From assembly GCA_963827475.1 (NCBI GenBank), contig CAWHAZ010000002.1, positions 64,001-128,000 of the forward strand: a DNA stretch of 64,000 nt. The letters are read 5' to 3'. The translations under genes were made by a program, and so were the position numbers. Of the stretch, positions 62,624 to 64,000 are shown piece after piece; the stretch's first letter is position 1; every line of letters starts with the position of its first letter. Below the pieces are notes generated by a model, which ran no database searches, was not told the DNA's origin, and was given only the letters and a program-made list of their open reading frames with translations. The DNA comes from an uncultured Chloroflexia bacterium. GTDB taxonomy: Bacteria; Chloroflexota; Limnocylindria; QHBO01.

Positions 62624-63124
62624 TCAGTCCGGCGGATTCTCGAAGGGCCAGCTCACGCTCTGGACGTAGTTCATGCGCTCGAGCCACACGGGATCGGTCG
62701 CCCGCCGCCCCATCTCCGCCTCGTCGACGTCCTCGACCTTGGCCTGGATCCACCACAGGTTGCCCAGCTGGTCCCGCACCCGGCCGACCCGGTCGCCCCA
62801 GAACAGGTGGGTCACGTCGGTCACGGCCGTTCCGCCCGCTTCCAGCGCCCGGGCAAAGGTCGCATCCGCGTCCTCGACGTAGAGCCGCAGGAATGCCGGG
62901 GTGTCCGGCCAATGCGGCTTCGCGTCGAAGGCGAGGACGACCGAATCGCCGATCCGGAACTCGGCATGACCGATGACACCGTTTTCGTCGGCCACCCGGG
63001 CGATCTCCTCGGCACCAAACGCGGCGGTGGCGAACCGGATGAGCGCATCGGTATCCCGGGAGATGACCCAGGGGCTGACCGAGCTGTACCCCTCCGGCAC
63101 GCCGGGTGTCTTCGCGGTTTCCAT
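62624..63124 (-). CDS. VOC/PhnB-like glyoxalase-family protein
   Basis: PEGYSSVSP, HAEFRIGDS and FWGDRVGRVRDQLGNLWWI. Confidence 0.88.
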   Translation of the reverse strand: METAKTPGVPEGYSSVSPWVISRDTDALIRFATAAFGAEEIARVADENGVIGHAEFRIGDSVVLAFDAKPHWPDTPAFLRLYVEDADATFARALEAGGTAVTDVTHLFWGDRVGRVRDQLGNLWWIQAKVEDVDEAEMGRRATDPVWLERMNYVQSVSWPFENPPD

Positions 63125-63207
63125 CGGTCCGTCTCCCCATTCAGTGCGGATTTCCGGTATCGGTGTGCCCTGTGCAGCGCGTGCGCCTTGCGCGGTCCTC
63201 GGGCAAT

Positions 63208-63225
63208 ATGACAGACTGCTGTCAT
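63208..63225. promoter_or_regulatory. Palindromic MarR operator
   Basis: ATGACAG-ACTG-CTGTCAT overlapping the marR start and a CAGACT -10-like hexamer. Confidence 0.7.
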
Positions 63226-63763
63226 GTCGGCGAGCCTAGCAGAAGGCAGGAACCCGGTCCACGCGCGCGAGCGCGGCCGTCCGGTCACCCGTACGCCGGC
63301 CGGAGACGCCTTCGCCGAGTTCGCGATCACCGTGATCCGGCTCAGCGGGCTCCTCATCGCGGCCGGCGACGCCTTGACCAGCCCCGTGGGCCAGACGAGT
63401 GCCCGCTGGCTGGTGCTGGCTACGGTCGACGAGGGGCCCCTCACCGTGGCCCAGATCGCGCGACAGCTGGGCCTGGCCCGCCAGAGCGTGCAGCGGGTCG
63501 CGGATCTGCTCGCCGACGACGGCCTCGTGGTCTACGCCGAGAACCCCGCCCACCGCCGCGCCAAGCTCGTGAAGCTCACCCCGCCGGGGAAGAAGACGCT
63601 GAAGGCCATCCAGGCCGCCCAGACCGTCTGGGCCGACAATCTCGGCGCCCAGCTCGGCGTCGGCAGCCTCGAGGAGGCGAACAGCGTCCTGTCGCGGGCG
63701 CTGGACGAGCTCAGCCAGCGCCGGTTCGAGGCGAAAGGTCAGGTCAGCGCGAAACCCGGTTGA
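63224..63763 (+). CDS. MarR-family transcriptional regulator
   Basis: TVAQIARQLGLARQSVQRVADLL; HRRAKLVKLTPPG. Confidence 0.9.
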   Translation: MSASLAEGRNPVHARERGRPVTRTPAGDAFAEFAITVIRLSGLLIAAGDALTSPVGQTSARWLVLATVDEGPLTVAQIARQLGLARQSVQRVADLLADDGLVVYAENPAHRRAKLVKLTPPGKKTLKAIQAAQTVWADNLGAQLGVGSLEEANSVLSRALDELSQRRFEAKGQVSAKPG

Positions 63764-64000
63764 ACGCCCACAGGGTGCCCGCCTGGAGGATGGCGCCCAT
63801 GATCGCGATCGAGAGCAGGGCCTGGCCGATCGCGTCCCAGTCGAACCCGGTGATCATCAGCGCGCGGATGGCCTCGATCACGTAGCTGATCGGGTTGAAG
63901 GTGTTCACGAACTGCATCCATTCCGGCATCAGCTCCTCCGGCACGAACGCGGTGGACGCGAACACCAGCGGGAACAGGAGCAGCGAGAACGTGCTCGTCG
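63744..64000 (-). CDS. ABC-2 type permease, C-terminal part (runs off the window)
   Basis: FASTAFVP..MPEWMQ..NPISY..EAIRALM. Confidence 0.8.
   Translation of the reverse strand, partial: TSTFSLLLFPLVFASTAFVPEELMPEWMQFVNTFNPISYVIEAIRALMITGFDWDAIGQALLSIAIMGAILQAGTLWAFNRVSR

Overview
Very GC-rich bacterial chromosomal window. Gene content and the many leaderless-type promoters tentatively suggest a Chloroflexota (Limnocylindria-like) or actinobacterium-like organism; this is an inference. It holds about 60 genes: an Opp/Dpp ABC operon, two polyamine-type ABC operons, acyl-CoA metabolism genes, tRNA-Arg(UCU), tRNA-Glu(CUC) and an ECF42/YciI pair. Two patches (about 4.6-10.4 kb and 53-55.3 kb) are dense with indels and roughly ten single frameshifts occur elsewhere, most simply read as consensus errors. 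No integrase, transposase, rRNA or CRISPR array was seen. Leading candidates: (1) a translationally coupled run of two AlkZ-like DNA glycosylases, an MFS exporter, a methyltransferase, an FAD oxidoreductase, an SRPBCC cyclase and a ketosynthase, resembling a small biosynthetic cluster with self-resistance; (2) an E1 alpha/beta ThDP fusion coupled to a FabD-like transferase lacking the malonyl-binding Arg, with no E2/E3 nearby; (3) an unannotated 174-nt 6S-like RNA; (4) DnaA-box clusters, three boxes phased at 12 bp, flanking an unknown gene (possible oriC or DnaA-regulated locus); (5) an HTH plus nucleotidyltransferase toxin-antitoxin-like pair with a palindromic operator.
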